Program-made: the position numbers and the translations under genes
The notes under the pieces: generated by a model
Told to the model about the DNA's origin: nothing
What the model saw: the letters and a program-made list of their open reading frames with translations, nothing else
Database searches by the model: none
Assembly (NCBI GenBank): GCA_963675495.1
Contig: OY776215.1
Span: 1,696,001 to 1,760,000, forward strand
Origin: an uncultured Methanolobus sp.
Lineage (GTDB): Archaea; Halobacteriota; Methanosarcinia; Methanosarcinales; Methanosarcinaceae
Length of the DNA stretch: 64,000 nucleotides
Direction: 5' to 3'
Part shown: piece after piece, positions 1 to 9,674 of the stretch
Layout: each line of letters begins with the position of its first letter
Numbering within the stretch: the first letter of the stretch is position 1

Positions 1-303
1 AAGCTCAAAAGAAAATGGGAAGCTTCACTGAACCTCATAAGCGCGGTTGATGATTATGGACAGAAAAGGAAAGCTGAAGAATACATTAAGACGCTGGCTG
101 AGCTGGCGAGACTTCCAAACGTGAACACTTATGCTTTAAAGGGAGAAATAGAAAGCGTAGTCCAGGAAGTTCCTCAGGCAGCCCTGAATATATTCAATCT
201 TACCTCTGAGCCGGATTTTGAATTCATCCGCAGAATGGTAGAGCTGACAGGTTCATCCTGCCTCTTCACACTCGACTCTGGAGATGAAAACGCACTGGCA
301 TGA
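1..303 (+). CDS. 3' end (partial) of a probable amino-acid permease / cation-chloride cotransporter-like protein
   Basis: Frame is open from base 1 (KLKRKWEASLNLISAV...). It ends SCLFTLDSGDENALA, resembling C-termini of archaeal SLC12-like permeases. Family call is from recall only. Confidence 0.5.
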   Translation, partial: KLKRKWEASLNLISAVDDYGQKRKAEEYIKTLAELARLPNVNTYALKGEIESVVQEVPQAALNIFNLTSEPDFEFIRRMVELTGSSCLFTLDSGDENALA

Positions 304-382
304 TGAGAATAATAACTACAATTTTAATGTCAGGTAAAAACCGATTGAAATAACTATAATTTATACTGCAAAAAATAGGTTG

Positions 383-407
383 AGCCAGCGGTGATAAGTC
401 GCTGGCT
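383..407. terminator. Hairpin downstream of mtmB copy 1, between convergent genes
   Basis: agccagcg-N9-cgctggct inverted repeat; a related hairpin follows mtmB copy 2. Confidence 0.55.
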
Positions 408-450
408 GCTAGGGAAGTGATAAACTAATTTATCACAAGTATTTTTGGAC

Positions 451-1827
451 TTAGAATACAAGTCCGAGCTCTTCGAGCTTTTTGCGTGCGCCGTCGTAGA
501 CCTTGACGTATTCGTCGGTTGGTGTTACGGTTGCAACATCGTAACATTCCTGGAATGTCTTTCCAGCTGGTGCCTTTGCATAATCGTTCTCGTAGAGTTT
601 GACAAGGTTGTCGAGGATACCATTGACCTCTCCAATATCCATGCCTGAAGTTGCTCTTGCGACTTCTCCCATCATCCTTGCTTCCATACCTGTGGTCTTG
701 TCCTGGACAACACCTTTTGCAGATGCAACACCGGAGAGGATCTCACGGCCGGATGCTGTGTCGGTCATAGACTGTGCGGATGCTTCAAGCAAACACATTT
801 CGGTACATGGACCTGCACATGGATAGTACTGGTTACCGGAAATCATGTCTGTGAATTCTGAGATTGTTGCACATGCCCATCCAGCGATCTGAAGGGTTTC
901 ACGGGTGTTTGTGGATCCCCAGCGGATGTGGACCGGACCATCAAGATGCCAGCTTGCATTGCTCATCACAAATGCATTGATGTGGGTTGCGATGTCAACA
1001 ATTGTGGTTTCTTCTATGCCACCGGCATATCCACCAAAGATAGGCATCTGTTCATCCATGATGATGTCACTGTTACCCTGATAGTGTGCCATCACACTGA
1101 TAGCGTCAAGGTCGATCTTAAGCTCATTGAGCTGTGATACTTCGTGACTGTCGCTGCAGACCTGGCCACCGGCACAGTCTGAAGCGATATTTCCCTGAGC
1201 GGACAGGGAAGTCTCTGGTCCCTATATGCCCATGCCTGGCCTTCCGGCCATTGCAGCTGCAGCCTTGATGAGCCTTGTCTCGGTCTTGGCAGCCAGGATC
1301 TCGTATGGACTCTTTGGAATTGTTGGCTTTCCACGAACAGACATAATGACACCATCAACAATAGTGTCGACTTCCTTCTCAAGAGCGTAGCTCATGTGAA
1401 CAGGCATGAAAACGTCTTCAGAAATTGGAGAACCGGTTGGACCACCCTGTATTATTGGCTTTCTCTTGTCACCAACACTTCTTTTTCTGACGTTTACTGC
1501 GTCTCTGCCGGTTCCAAGAACAAATTCCTTCTGAACATTGTTGATAGCATCCCATATCTCATCCTCAGTATATTTTACTACACGACTTGTGTCGGTACAG
1601 AATATACCACAGTCAAGGAGCATCTCAAAACCTGCTTTGAACAGGTTTTCCATCATGCCCTTGTCGGTTGGGACGAATTCGTTCTTGAAGTCAAGCTTAT
1701 ATTTCTGCTTGAGCTCCATTGCCTTCATAGGAATGGTCATGAGGTCCCAGTCATCCTGGGTCATCTTTGTACCTTTCTTTGCACGCTCGTAGAATTCGTA
1801 ACAATCCATTGATCTTGAAAATGTCAT
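451..1827 (-). CDS. mtmB: Monomethylamine methyltransferase MtmB copy 1, 458 aa, pyrrolysine at codon 202
   Basis: ORFs 1222..1827 and 451..1095 share a frame and are joined across TAG at 1222-1224. Context AGRPGMGI-O-GPETSLS is the MtmB Pyl site. Confidence 0.97.
1150..1221 (-). promoter_or_regulatory. PYLIS-like stem-loops immediately 3' of the mtmB UAG
   Basis: mRNA after UAG contains UUCCCUG/CAGGGAA and UCGCU-CAGAC/GUCUG-AGCGA stems; nearly identical in copy 2 (about 35968-36039). Confidence 0.5.
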
Positions 1828-1840
1828 AATATGTGCCTCC

Positions 1841-2497
1841 TTATTTCATAATTTCCAATGCTACACGAGCTGCATCTGCTGCATTCTCTGCTGTTGCATC
1901 TGCTCCGATCTCTGCGATCCAGCCATCTGAAACTGGTGCACCACCGAACATGATCTTAACATCATCTCTAAGACCTTCTTCCTTGAGCATCTCTACTGTG
2001 TCCTTCTGGCCAAGCATGGATGTTGTCATGAGTGCTGAGCCTACAAGAATTACCTTCTTGCCCTTGTTCTTTGCAATTTCTTCAACGATCTTGTCATTTG
2101 GAACATCTACTCCCATATCAAGGATGGTAAAGCCGTTTGCACCAAGCATTGTTGTTACAAGGCGGTGGCCGATATCGTGAATGTCGCCTTCCTGCACATA
2201 AGTGATAGCAAGACCTACACCTTCATCGTCTGCTCCCTTTTCTTCTGCAAGTATAGGAACCAAAATTTCCATTGCAGCGTTCATTGCCTTTGCAGACATC
2301 ATGATCTGTGGAAGGTATACCTCTGCTGCTTCAAACTTATCTCCAATGATCTTCATACCTACTGAAAGACCGCCATTGATGATCTCAACTGCAGTGAGTC
2401 CACTGTCAAGAGCTTCCTGGGTAGCTGCTGCACTACCGTTGATGTTCTGGGTAACGATTATATCTCTGAGTTTGTCTAACATTTCCTGATTTGACAT
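1841..2497 (-). CDS. mtmC: Monomethylamine corrinoid protein MtmC copy 1
   Basis: B12-binding motif DIHDIGH, SALMTT, GGAP; directly upstream of mtmB. Confidence 0.95.
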   Translation of the reverse strand: MSNQEMLDKLRDIIVTQNINGSAAATQEALDSGLTAVEIINGGLSVGMKIIGDKFEAAEVYLPQIMMSAKAMNAAMEILVPILAEEKGADDEGVGLAITYVQEGDIHDIGHRLVTTMLGANGFTILDMGVDVPNDKIVEEIAKNKGKKVILVGSALMTTSMLGQKDTVEMLKEEGLRDDVKIMFGGAPVSDGWIAEIGADATAENAADAARVALEIMK

Positions 2498-2716
2498 GTT
2501 TTGCCTCCTTATGTGATAGTAGTTGTAATCAAGATAGAAAGCAATGTTTTCGCTTTCTGAACGTTGCCTGTATCCCGCTTTAAGTTACAGGCGCACGGTA
2601 ACCATGTACCGTATCACTACTATTTATATTTTATGTTTACTAAGATAATGGTATAAAAAAGTGCCATAAGCCCCATTAATAATGGAACTTATCAGGCAAT
2701 ACCAAATATAATTAAT

Positions 2717-4120
2717 TTACTCGATCTGCTTTCTGAATTTGTCACAGCAGTTGATGTCAATTCCAAGAAGTTTCTCGATGTTCATCTTAGCTGCAATTCC
2801 TTTTGGAGCACCTGCAACTGAAGTGATTACACCGATACCAAGCTCTTCCCTTAGTTCCCTCATTACATACTCATCACTGAGGTCGTCTGTGGTAACGTCA
2901 AGCTTCTTGGCAACGAAGTCCTTTGCTTCTCCAATTCTCATGCTCTTTGCAAGCTGCATCCTTGCAACAAGGTCACCAGCAGCTCTGATTCCGCTCATTC
3001 CGGAAGTCATTATGTGGGAGATCGGCATACCCATCGGGTCGCCGACCCCTATCTATATTCCATCCACGCCGGCGACTTCGACCATCGCCTTGCTTGCTCT
3101 TGAAACAGCGTCAATTGTTGGGGTCTCGAACATTGGGATACTGCCTACACCCATTCCCATGTTCACATGACAGGGGATAGAGGAAGCTTTAACGGCTGCC
3201 TTGGTGAAGGTAACAGCTCTTCCAAGGTTCCATGCAGATGATTTACTGGTATTTGTGTTGCATACAGGACCAAAGACATTTGCACCGGCCTTTGCTGCAA
3301 GTGGAGCCTGCTGATGTGGCCACAGACCTGCAAGTACTGTACCGTCATATTCCATCTCACCGTGAAGACCGAGCAAAAGCTCTCCAGCCATACCTGCTTC
3401 GATATAGATGTCAGGGAACTGCTTTCTCAGTGCCTCGATTGCATGAAGGGAGGCAAACATGTCACCGTCTCCTGCAGCACCGATAGTATCGAAGTTAACA
3501 CCATCTGCACCGGATGCCATGAGTTTCTGCATGATCCATACAGTGTCTCTTGTAAGGTGTTCAGCTGAATGTTCCATGGATTCCTGTGCTTCCTTGATCT
3601 TGAAAGCTTTCATAAGGTCGCCTGGGTTCTCGAAAGGACCATCAGGTGTGTAGTACAATCCCATGTTTGGCATTGCACCGTAAAGAAGAGGAACTACCAT
3701 GTTCTGCTGGCAGACTTCCATTGTCTGCATTTCCTGTGAGATCACAGGTTTTACAGGTTTGTAACTGTAGTCGATGTGACCTAATTCCATTGTGTCAGCA
3801 CCGAATGCTCTCTCGTGCATCATTGCACCAACGAGCCTGCTGGATGGGATACCTACTCCGCTGTTACCCTGGTCACCGTCAATTCTGATGGTTCCGATAT
3901 CGTGGGTCACTGGGACTTCCATACCTTGTTCGACACCAACCATCCTTGAAGGCATGGTTAAGATTTCTACAAGTTTGTCGATCTCATCTTCACTAAGGTT
4001 AGGGATCTCACCAAGGTCTGCAGCATCTGCCATACCTGCTTTAAGGTCAGCGATGATCTGCTCCTTTGTCATGAAAATACGCTTTCCGTCTCCCATTCTA
4101 AGTTTATATTCTGTTGCCAT
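2717..4120 (-). CDS. mtbB: Dimethylamine methyltransferase MtbB copy 1, 467 aa, pyrrolysine at codon 356
   Basis: Starts [12 protein letters not shown] (ATG 4120, SD GAGGTG). In-frame TAG at 3053-3055 in context GVDGI-O-IGVGDP. Confidence 0.97.
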
Positions 4121-4773
4121 AAAAATCACCTCATTTAAAGCAGGAGTTCCTTAGCTTTTATTACAGCTTCACTGGCGTTCTCTGCATAGCAGTCTGCACC
4201 GATCTTTTCAGCCCATGCTTCTGTTGCTGGAGCTCCGCCGACCATTACCTTGATATTATCTCTAATACCGTTCTCTTTGAGCATTTCAATGACTTCTTTC
4301 TGGGCACCGAGAGTGGTTGTCATAAGAGCGGACATACCTACCATGTCTGCATTTGTTTCTTTGATCTTGTCAATGAAGTTCTGCAGAGGAACATCCCTGC
4401 CGATATCGTGGACTTCAAAACCTGCTGACTGAAGCATGGTTGAGACAATGGACTTGCCAATGTCATGAACGTCACCTTCGACAGTACCGTTTACTATAAC
4501 GCCGAGTTTCTTGCTTGAAGCATCTGCTGGCATATCTGCTTCAAGGAGAGCGACACCTGCTTCCATTGCGCCTGCGGCCATCATTACATGAGGAAGGAAC
4601 ATCTTACCTCTCTCAAAACGGATACCAACTTCATTCATTCCTGCTGCGAGACCTTTCTCGATGATCTCAGGAGCTGAAATACCTTCGCCTCTTGCTTTTT
4701 CTACAGCTGCTGTTACAACATCATTCTTGCATGTGATAACTGCATCTGATAATTCTTTGAACATTTCTTCTTT
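2719..4773. repeat. ~2.05 kb direct repeat copy A (mtbC-mtbB); copy B at 28879-30933
   Basis: Line-by-line near identity at offset 26160, with only scattered substitutions. Confidence 0.95.
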
Positions 4774-4779
4774 GCTCAT
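4135..4779 (-). CDS. mtbC: Dimethylamine corrinoid protein MtbC copy 1
   Basis: DVHDIGK motif; upstream of mtbB. Confidence 0.93.
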   Translation of the reverse strand: MSKEEMFKELSDAVITCKNDVVTAAVEKARGEGISAPEIIEKGLAAGMNEVGIRFERGKMFLPHVMMAAGAMEAGVALLEADMPADASSKKLGVIVNGTVEGDVHDIGKSIVSTMLQSAGFEVHDIGRDVPLQNFIDKIKETNADMVGMSALMTTTLGAQKEVIEMLKENGIRDNIKVMVGGAPATEAWAEKIGADCYAENASEAVIKAKELLL

Positions 4780-4937
4780 TTGTACACCTCATTAATTTTT
4801 GATAATTTAAACAATTTAGATATTATTCTTCGCTTATAGGGAATATAACCCGTAGCAAAATAACATACATAATAGACAGATATATATGTTGCCTTTGAGA
4901 TGAGTATTTAAATGTTTTTCCAACACCCTACCTGCAT

Positions 4938-4955
4938 CTAGTATATATATTTTTC
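4938..4955 (-). promoter_or_regulatory. Putative BRE/TATA promoter of mtbC-mtbB copy 1
   Basis: Minus strand AAAATATATATACTAG; the same 16-mer occurs upstream of mttB (9198-9213). Confidence 0.55.
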
Positions 4956-5119
4956 TGCCATATTTTCTTATTAAACCCCGGACATATGTGACTAAAATAA
5001 AGACTAAAAGGCACAGAGCAATTACAAGATCACCAATCCATAAATAGGATAATGACTTGCACATCACTGTGCCTTATTGACTACTCAACTAATCTTTTAG
5101 ATACTCTTTTTAGACCTCC

Positions 5120-5269
5120 TTAGAACTGTGAAACAAATGTTCTTGCCTGCCAAAGTGCAAGTATGGCAACGATAAGGATCACTACCATCCACATCACATC
5201 TGCAGCAGGTAAAGGTGAGTTCACCCAGTAAGCATTGTAAGCATCCATTGCGGCTTGTGTTTGTACCAT
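5120..5269 (-). CDS. Small 49-aa single-TM membrane protein, last gene of the mttP unit
   Basis: GGAGG SD before ATG 5269; MVQTQAAMDAYNAYW...VMWMVVILIVAILALWQ hydrophobic helix. Confidence 0.7.
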   Translation of the reverse strand: MVQTQAAMDAYNAYWVNSPLPAADVMWMVVILIVAILALWQARTFVSQF

Positions 5270-5282
5270 TTTAAGTCCTCCA

Positions 5283-5576
5283 TCAAACATATACCAAACA
5301 GGCATCTGCAGCCCGTATCTTTCCAAAGTCAGTAATTACGTATTTGTGAAGAAGGAACCCTTTCTTGTAGATACCATCCTCATCGACCTTGACCTCAACA
5401 TCCTGCAACATTCCACCTGAAGCCAGCTCGATTATATCAAAATTGATAGAATCTCTCTGGAAATTGCCTTTAAGGTTGTACTCCTTCTGAATCTGCTGGA
5501 CGATTTCGTAGTTCCATTTACCTTCATTGTTGCACAATTCAAGTATTCTGAATTTAATAGGCCTGTTTCCTGCCAT
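5283..5576 (-). CDS. 97-aa protein downstream of mttP, winged-helix-like
   Basis: ATG at 5576 abuts the mttP stop. KFRILEL...WNYEIVQQI...YVITDFG pattern resembles PadR-type wHTH. Confidence 0.75.
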   Translation of the reverse strand: MAGNRPIKFRILELCNNEGKWNYEIVQQIQKEYNLKGNFQRDSINFDIIELASGGMLQDVEVKVDEDGIYKKGFLLHKYVITDFGKIRAADACLVYV

Positions 5577-5577
5577 T

Positions 5578-6624
5578 TTAATCACCTCTCAATGATTCCA
5601 TTTCGCCAGTGTCCTCAGAGAACATTATAGTACTACCTCCAAGACACAAAGCACCTCCAAGCAGAATGGTCCATCCAGGAACATCTCCGAAGAAGAGGAA
5701 GATGAATATTACAGCGAAGAGACCATAGAGGTTTCCAATACCCTGACCTCTTCCTACACCGATCAGTGGGAAAGACTTGTACCAGGTAACGTAACAGAAA
5801 CCAAATGTAATACCTGCAAAGATCAGTACGAGAAGTGTCATTGGTTCGAATGCGAGAAGTGCATACTTGAACATTGGGAATCCTACGATAGCAAGCACAG
5901 GAACAATAATGATCCACCAGATAATGTTCTCACCAACAAATCTCAGTGTAAGACCCACATCAGGTTCTGCGATGTCAAGACCTTTACCTGCGACAGCACC
6001 TTCTATACCCCAGCCTGCTGCGGCCATAAGTCCACCAAGGTAACCGATCCATGCAACATTGCCACTTCCAAGTTCTGAAAGCACACCGCCACCAAATATA
6101 GTGATACCACCAAGAATGATGAAACCAATACCAAGGAAAGCACGTTTGGATATCTTTTCACCATACCACTTTTGAGCAAGTATAGAGCCTATTACAGGGT
6201 ACATAAGTGCTGCAACGGCTGCGAAAGCACCACCTACAAAACCCATAGCAATAAATGATCCCAATATAGCCATAGGACCACCGAAAATAGATGCAAGGAA
6301 GAACCATTTTGAACATGGATGGAATTCTTTTAGAGTCCTCTTCATTTCTCCGAACTTACCAAGAGCACCATTCCAGACCATAAGGGCCAGCATAACAGTT
6401 AACGCATTGAATGCAGTGATAAGTACAGCTACTATAACCAATGCCACTCCGTCACCACTTGTGGCGGCTACTTCACCATACATTTCATCAAAAGGATTAA
6501 GTACCCATACTACGGTACCAGGGATATACCACAGACCCCAAAGAACCGCACAAAACAAAGCCCACATGTAACCGAATTTTACTCGGCGCTTATGCTCCTG
6601 CGTTTTTAATAATTTCAAATCCAC
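5578..6624 (-). CDS. mttP: Trimethylamine permease MttP (DMT/EamA family)
   Basis: About 10 hydrophobic segments; GTG start with GGAGGT SD; follows mttBC. Confidence 0.88.
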   Translation of the reverse strand: MDLKLLKTQEHKRRVKFGYMWALFCAVLWGLWYIPGTVVWVLNPFDEMYGEVAATSGDGVALVIVAVLITAFNALTVMLALMVWNGALGKFGEMKRTLKEFHPCSKWFFLASIFGGPMAILGSFIAMGFVGGAFAAVAALMYPVIGSILAQKWYGEKISKRAFLGIGFIILGGITIFGGGVLSELGSGNVAWIGYLGGLMAAAGWGIEGAVAGKGLDIAEPDVGLTLRFVGENIIWWIIIVPVLAIVGFPMFKYALLAFEPMTLLVLIFAGITFGFCYVTWYKSFPLIGVGRGQGIGNLYGLFAVIFIFLFFGDVPGWTILLGGALCLGGSTIMFSEDTGEMESLRGD

Positions 6625-6908
6625 TTTACTACCTCCAACTTTTTAAACCTTCATAAATATGATCTGCCAATAGATGACAGTCTATACTCTTTCCGGGAAA
6701 CCGGTATTGGGAAGGGGATACGTAAAAAAGATGATGCAGTACCAGTCCTCCAACTGATAAATAATCATCTTCTTTCGGGGTGCATTAAAAGCGGGAATAT
6801 AAGGGAAATTCCCAAAGCACCCATAAAAGAAAGATAAAACTTCTGAACGTTATAATGTAGCCGAAGGATGTACCGAATGATACATCCTCACAACTAACTA
6901 TACTGATT

Positions 6909-7556
6909 TCAGAAGAGTGCGTTCAATTTTGCAACTACATCAGTTGCATTCTCGCCGTAGACATCTGAACCGATTTTGGTTGCCCAGTCCTGAGTTACAG
7001 GAGCGCCGCCAACCATTGTCTTCAGTGAGTCGCGAATACCTGCTTCTTTAAGCTGCTCCTCGATCTGGATCTGGCTGACCATTGTAGTGGTCATAAGAGC
7101 AGATGAAGCAACTACATCAGCACCTACTTCCTTTGCCTTCTCAACATAAGCTGCGATTGCTACATCTCTTCCGAGATCAACAACTTTGAAACCAGCGATC
7201 TTGAGCATTGTTGCAACAATGTCCTTACCGATTGAGTGGATATCTCCCTCGATTGTGCCGATAACAATTGTTCCCTTGTTTGCTGCTTCTGCACCCTTTG
7301 CTTCAAGTATTGGAGTAAGTACAGCTACTCCTGCGCTCATTGCCTCTGATGCTGCAATAACATGAGGAAGGAATAATGTGCCTGCCTCGAACTGATCTCC
7401 TACTTCGTTCATAGCTGCGGTGAAACCGTCCTGGATAAGGTCTACAGGATCTACATCTGCATCAATACCTTCCTGAGCTGCTTCTGCTGCTGCTTCATTA
7501 TCAAAATCTAAAATCGCTGCTTTTGCTTTTGCGATAATCTCTTCTTTAGTTGCCAT
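6909..7556 (-). CDS. mttC: Trimethylamine corrinoid protein MttC
   Basis: DIHSIGK motif; directly downstream of mttB. Confidence 0.94.
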   Translation of the reverse strand: MATKEEIIAKAKAAILDFDNEAAAEAAQEGIDADVDPVDLIQDGFTAAMNEVGDQFEAGTLFLPHVIAASEAMSAGVAVLTPILEAKGAEAANKGTIVIGTIEGDIHSIGKDIVATMLKIAGFKVVDLGRDVAIAAYVEKAKEVGADVVASSALMTTTMVSQIQIEEQLKEAGIRDSLKTMVGGAPVTQDWATKIGSDVYGENATDVVAKLNALF

Positions 7557-7575
7557 TTTTTGTACCTCCGTTCAA

Positions 7576-9066
7576 TTACATGCTGGCTCTGAATGCCTTG
7601 TCAGCTTTCTCTACAACTGCCTGCATGTCTTTGAGCAGATCAGCGTCTATTGGTGTTACTTCGTGGTTCTTCATGATGTCAACGACTTTTTCATGAGCAA
7701 CCGTTGCGATATCCTTTGAGCCTGCCATTTCCCAGTCACCGAACATCAGTCTGTCAATGAGCATTGGGCTGGATGGAAGGTCAATGTTCTGCCTTGTAGT
7801 CTTGTGTGCAAGGAAGTTGTTTCCTATACCAACCTGGTCTATGGATTCAACTGCCATTGTCTCTTCGTCAACAGGAATTCCCTGCATTGCCTTCTTGGTC
7901 ATTGAGATCATGTCGTTGTCAAGAACGAGCTGCTCAAGTGAGAAGGTCATACCGAGCTCAAGCATACCTGCACCGTAAAGGGTGTTTGCACCAGACAATG
8001 CGGGGAAAAGAGTAGTCATTGTTTTCTCATGGCCAGCCTGGCCATCAGGTATCTTGGCATCAGCCTACGAGCCTGCTACAAATGTAGGAAGACCATAATA
8101 CTGACCGAGTTTTGCAACAGCTGCACTGATAAGTGCAAGTTCAGGAGAACCTACAGGAGCAGTACCTTTCTTCAGATCGAATGTTGTGGTAGAACTACCA
8201 TACCATACTGGTGCACCTGGCTGAACCAGCTGTGCGAGTACGATACCTGAGATTACTTCAGCGTTGTGTGTTACAAGTGTACCTGCAAGGTGAACTGGAG
8301 ATGAACCGCCAGCCATTGCCATACTGAGTACGTTAACAGGCGTACCGAACTTTGCGCCCTTTATGATAACCTGACATGCGTTCTCACTGAGTTCCAGTGG
8401 GCTTGTAGGACAGAGCAATGTTGAGAATATAGGCTTCTTACGTGCTTCCTCATCATCCCCACCGAAGTATGCGGTAGCGATTCCCTGATAGTAATCTACA
8501 TTCTCGCCTACAGGGTCAATGTGGTGGAAGTGCTTTGTTGTGTTCATCAGTGGAGTCAGTGTCTCGTGGACATCCTGTGCTCCCTTTCCTGCCCAGTCCC
8601 TTGCGGAAACTGCAAGTGAATAGTAGTTGATATTCTCTGCCCAGTCACAGAGCTTTGCTGTGTCTGCTACGTCCTTTTCTGTCGAGTCAACAGTTGAATA
8701 TTTACCAGGTGCATCATAGTTGCACATCTTGACACCGGTGCCGAAACAGGTCCAGTGTACCTTTCCTTTGTGTTCCTGCTTGACGTTGTTCTTCTTGTCA
8801 CGGCCCCAGAGGACGAACTTAGAAGGAGCGTCACGAAGTGCTCTGTTAACTACAAACTCAGGAATCTTAACGATCTGTGTTTTTTCATCGACTAAACAGC
8901 CACCTTCTTTGAAGATAGCCCTTGCTTCAGCATCTGATACCTGGATACCAGTGTTAATGAAGACATCCATTGTAGCGTAGTGAAGTGATCTGAGATCATC
9001 CTCAGAGAAAAGCTCCAGACTAACGCCTTCTAATGGTCTTCTACCTGGGTAATATTGTTTTACCAT
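7576..9066 (-). CDS. mttB: Trimethylamine methyltransferase MttB, 496 aa, pyrrolysine at codon 334
   Basis: ATG 9066 with GGAGGT SD. In-frame TAG at 8065-8067 in context TFVAGS-O-ADAKIPD; GTAPVGSPE motif. Confidence 0.97.
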
Positions 9067-9197
9067 TTTCTTAACCTCCAATTATAATTCAATTCCAAGA
9101 TCTATCAAAGATAATCTTGAAGATGTGAACATGCATTGTAGCAATATGTTCTTGCTGAAGTGTAGAATGAAATAGTATATAAAGGTGACCTATGGAA

Positions 9198-9214
9198 CTA
9201 GTATATATATTTTC
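9198..9214 (-). promoter_or_regulatory. Putative BRE/TATA promoter of mttB
   Basis: GAAAATATATATACTAG on the minus strand; shared with the mtbC promoter. Confidence 0.55.
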
Positions 9215-9674
9215 GCATTTGCTGCAATTTCGTCATGCAATATAAAGATATCGTACCAAACACAAATAAAAAATAAACATGAAAACGGTACTGAAGTTGT
9301 TTTTGCTAAAACACACTGAAAGAATATTACTAAGTACATTCATAGTAAGTGGGCAGTACTATATAAAAGTTACTATTGGCGAGTTGACAGAATATAATAT
9401 GATACCATATATAAAATTGTGGTTAGCATACAAATTAAACAAGATATACAAAGAATTAGGCTTTTTGGTAATAACTTCAGGAAATGAATTTTAATAGTCG
9501 TACATAAATCCTTTTAATTTACATTATGAACACATACAAATTAAATTAAGTATGCAGCCTATTGACATTGTTTTTTGTGTTCACAGTGTTAAAAAACAAC
9601 CACAAAATATATGTAGCTTGTTTTTGCAACAATCCAACAAACAAATAATACAATAAAAAAGGAGTTTACAAAAA

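Noticed and set aside
1222-1224. Split mtmB, mtbB and mttB ORFs as pseudogenes
   Set aside because: Each break is one in-frame TAG at the Pyl site, and the pyl genes are present.
6690-6720. gggaaaccggt...gggaagg resembling a cobalamin riboswitch
   Set aside because: It is on the opposite strand to the operon, and the other conserved B12-element motifs are missing.
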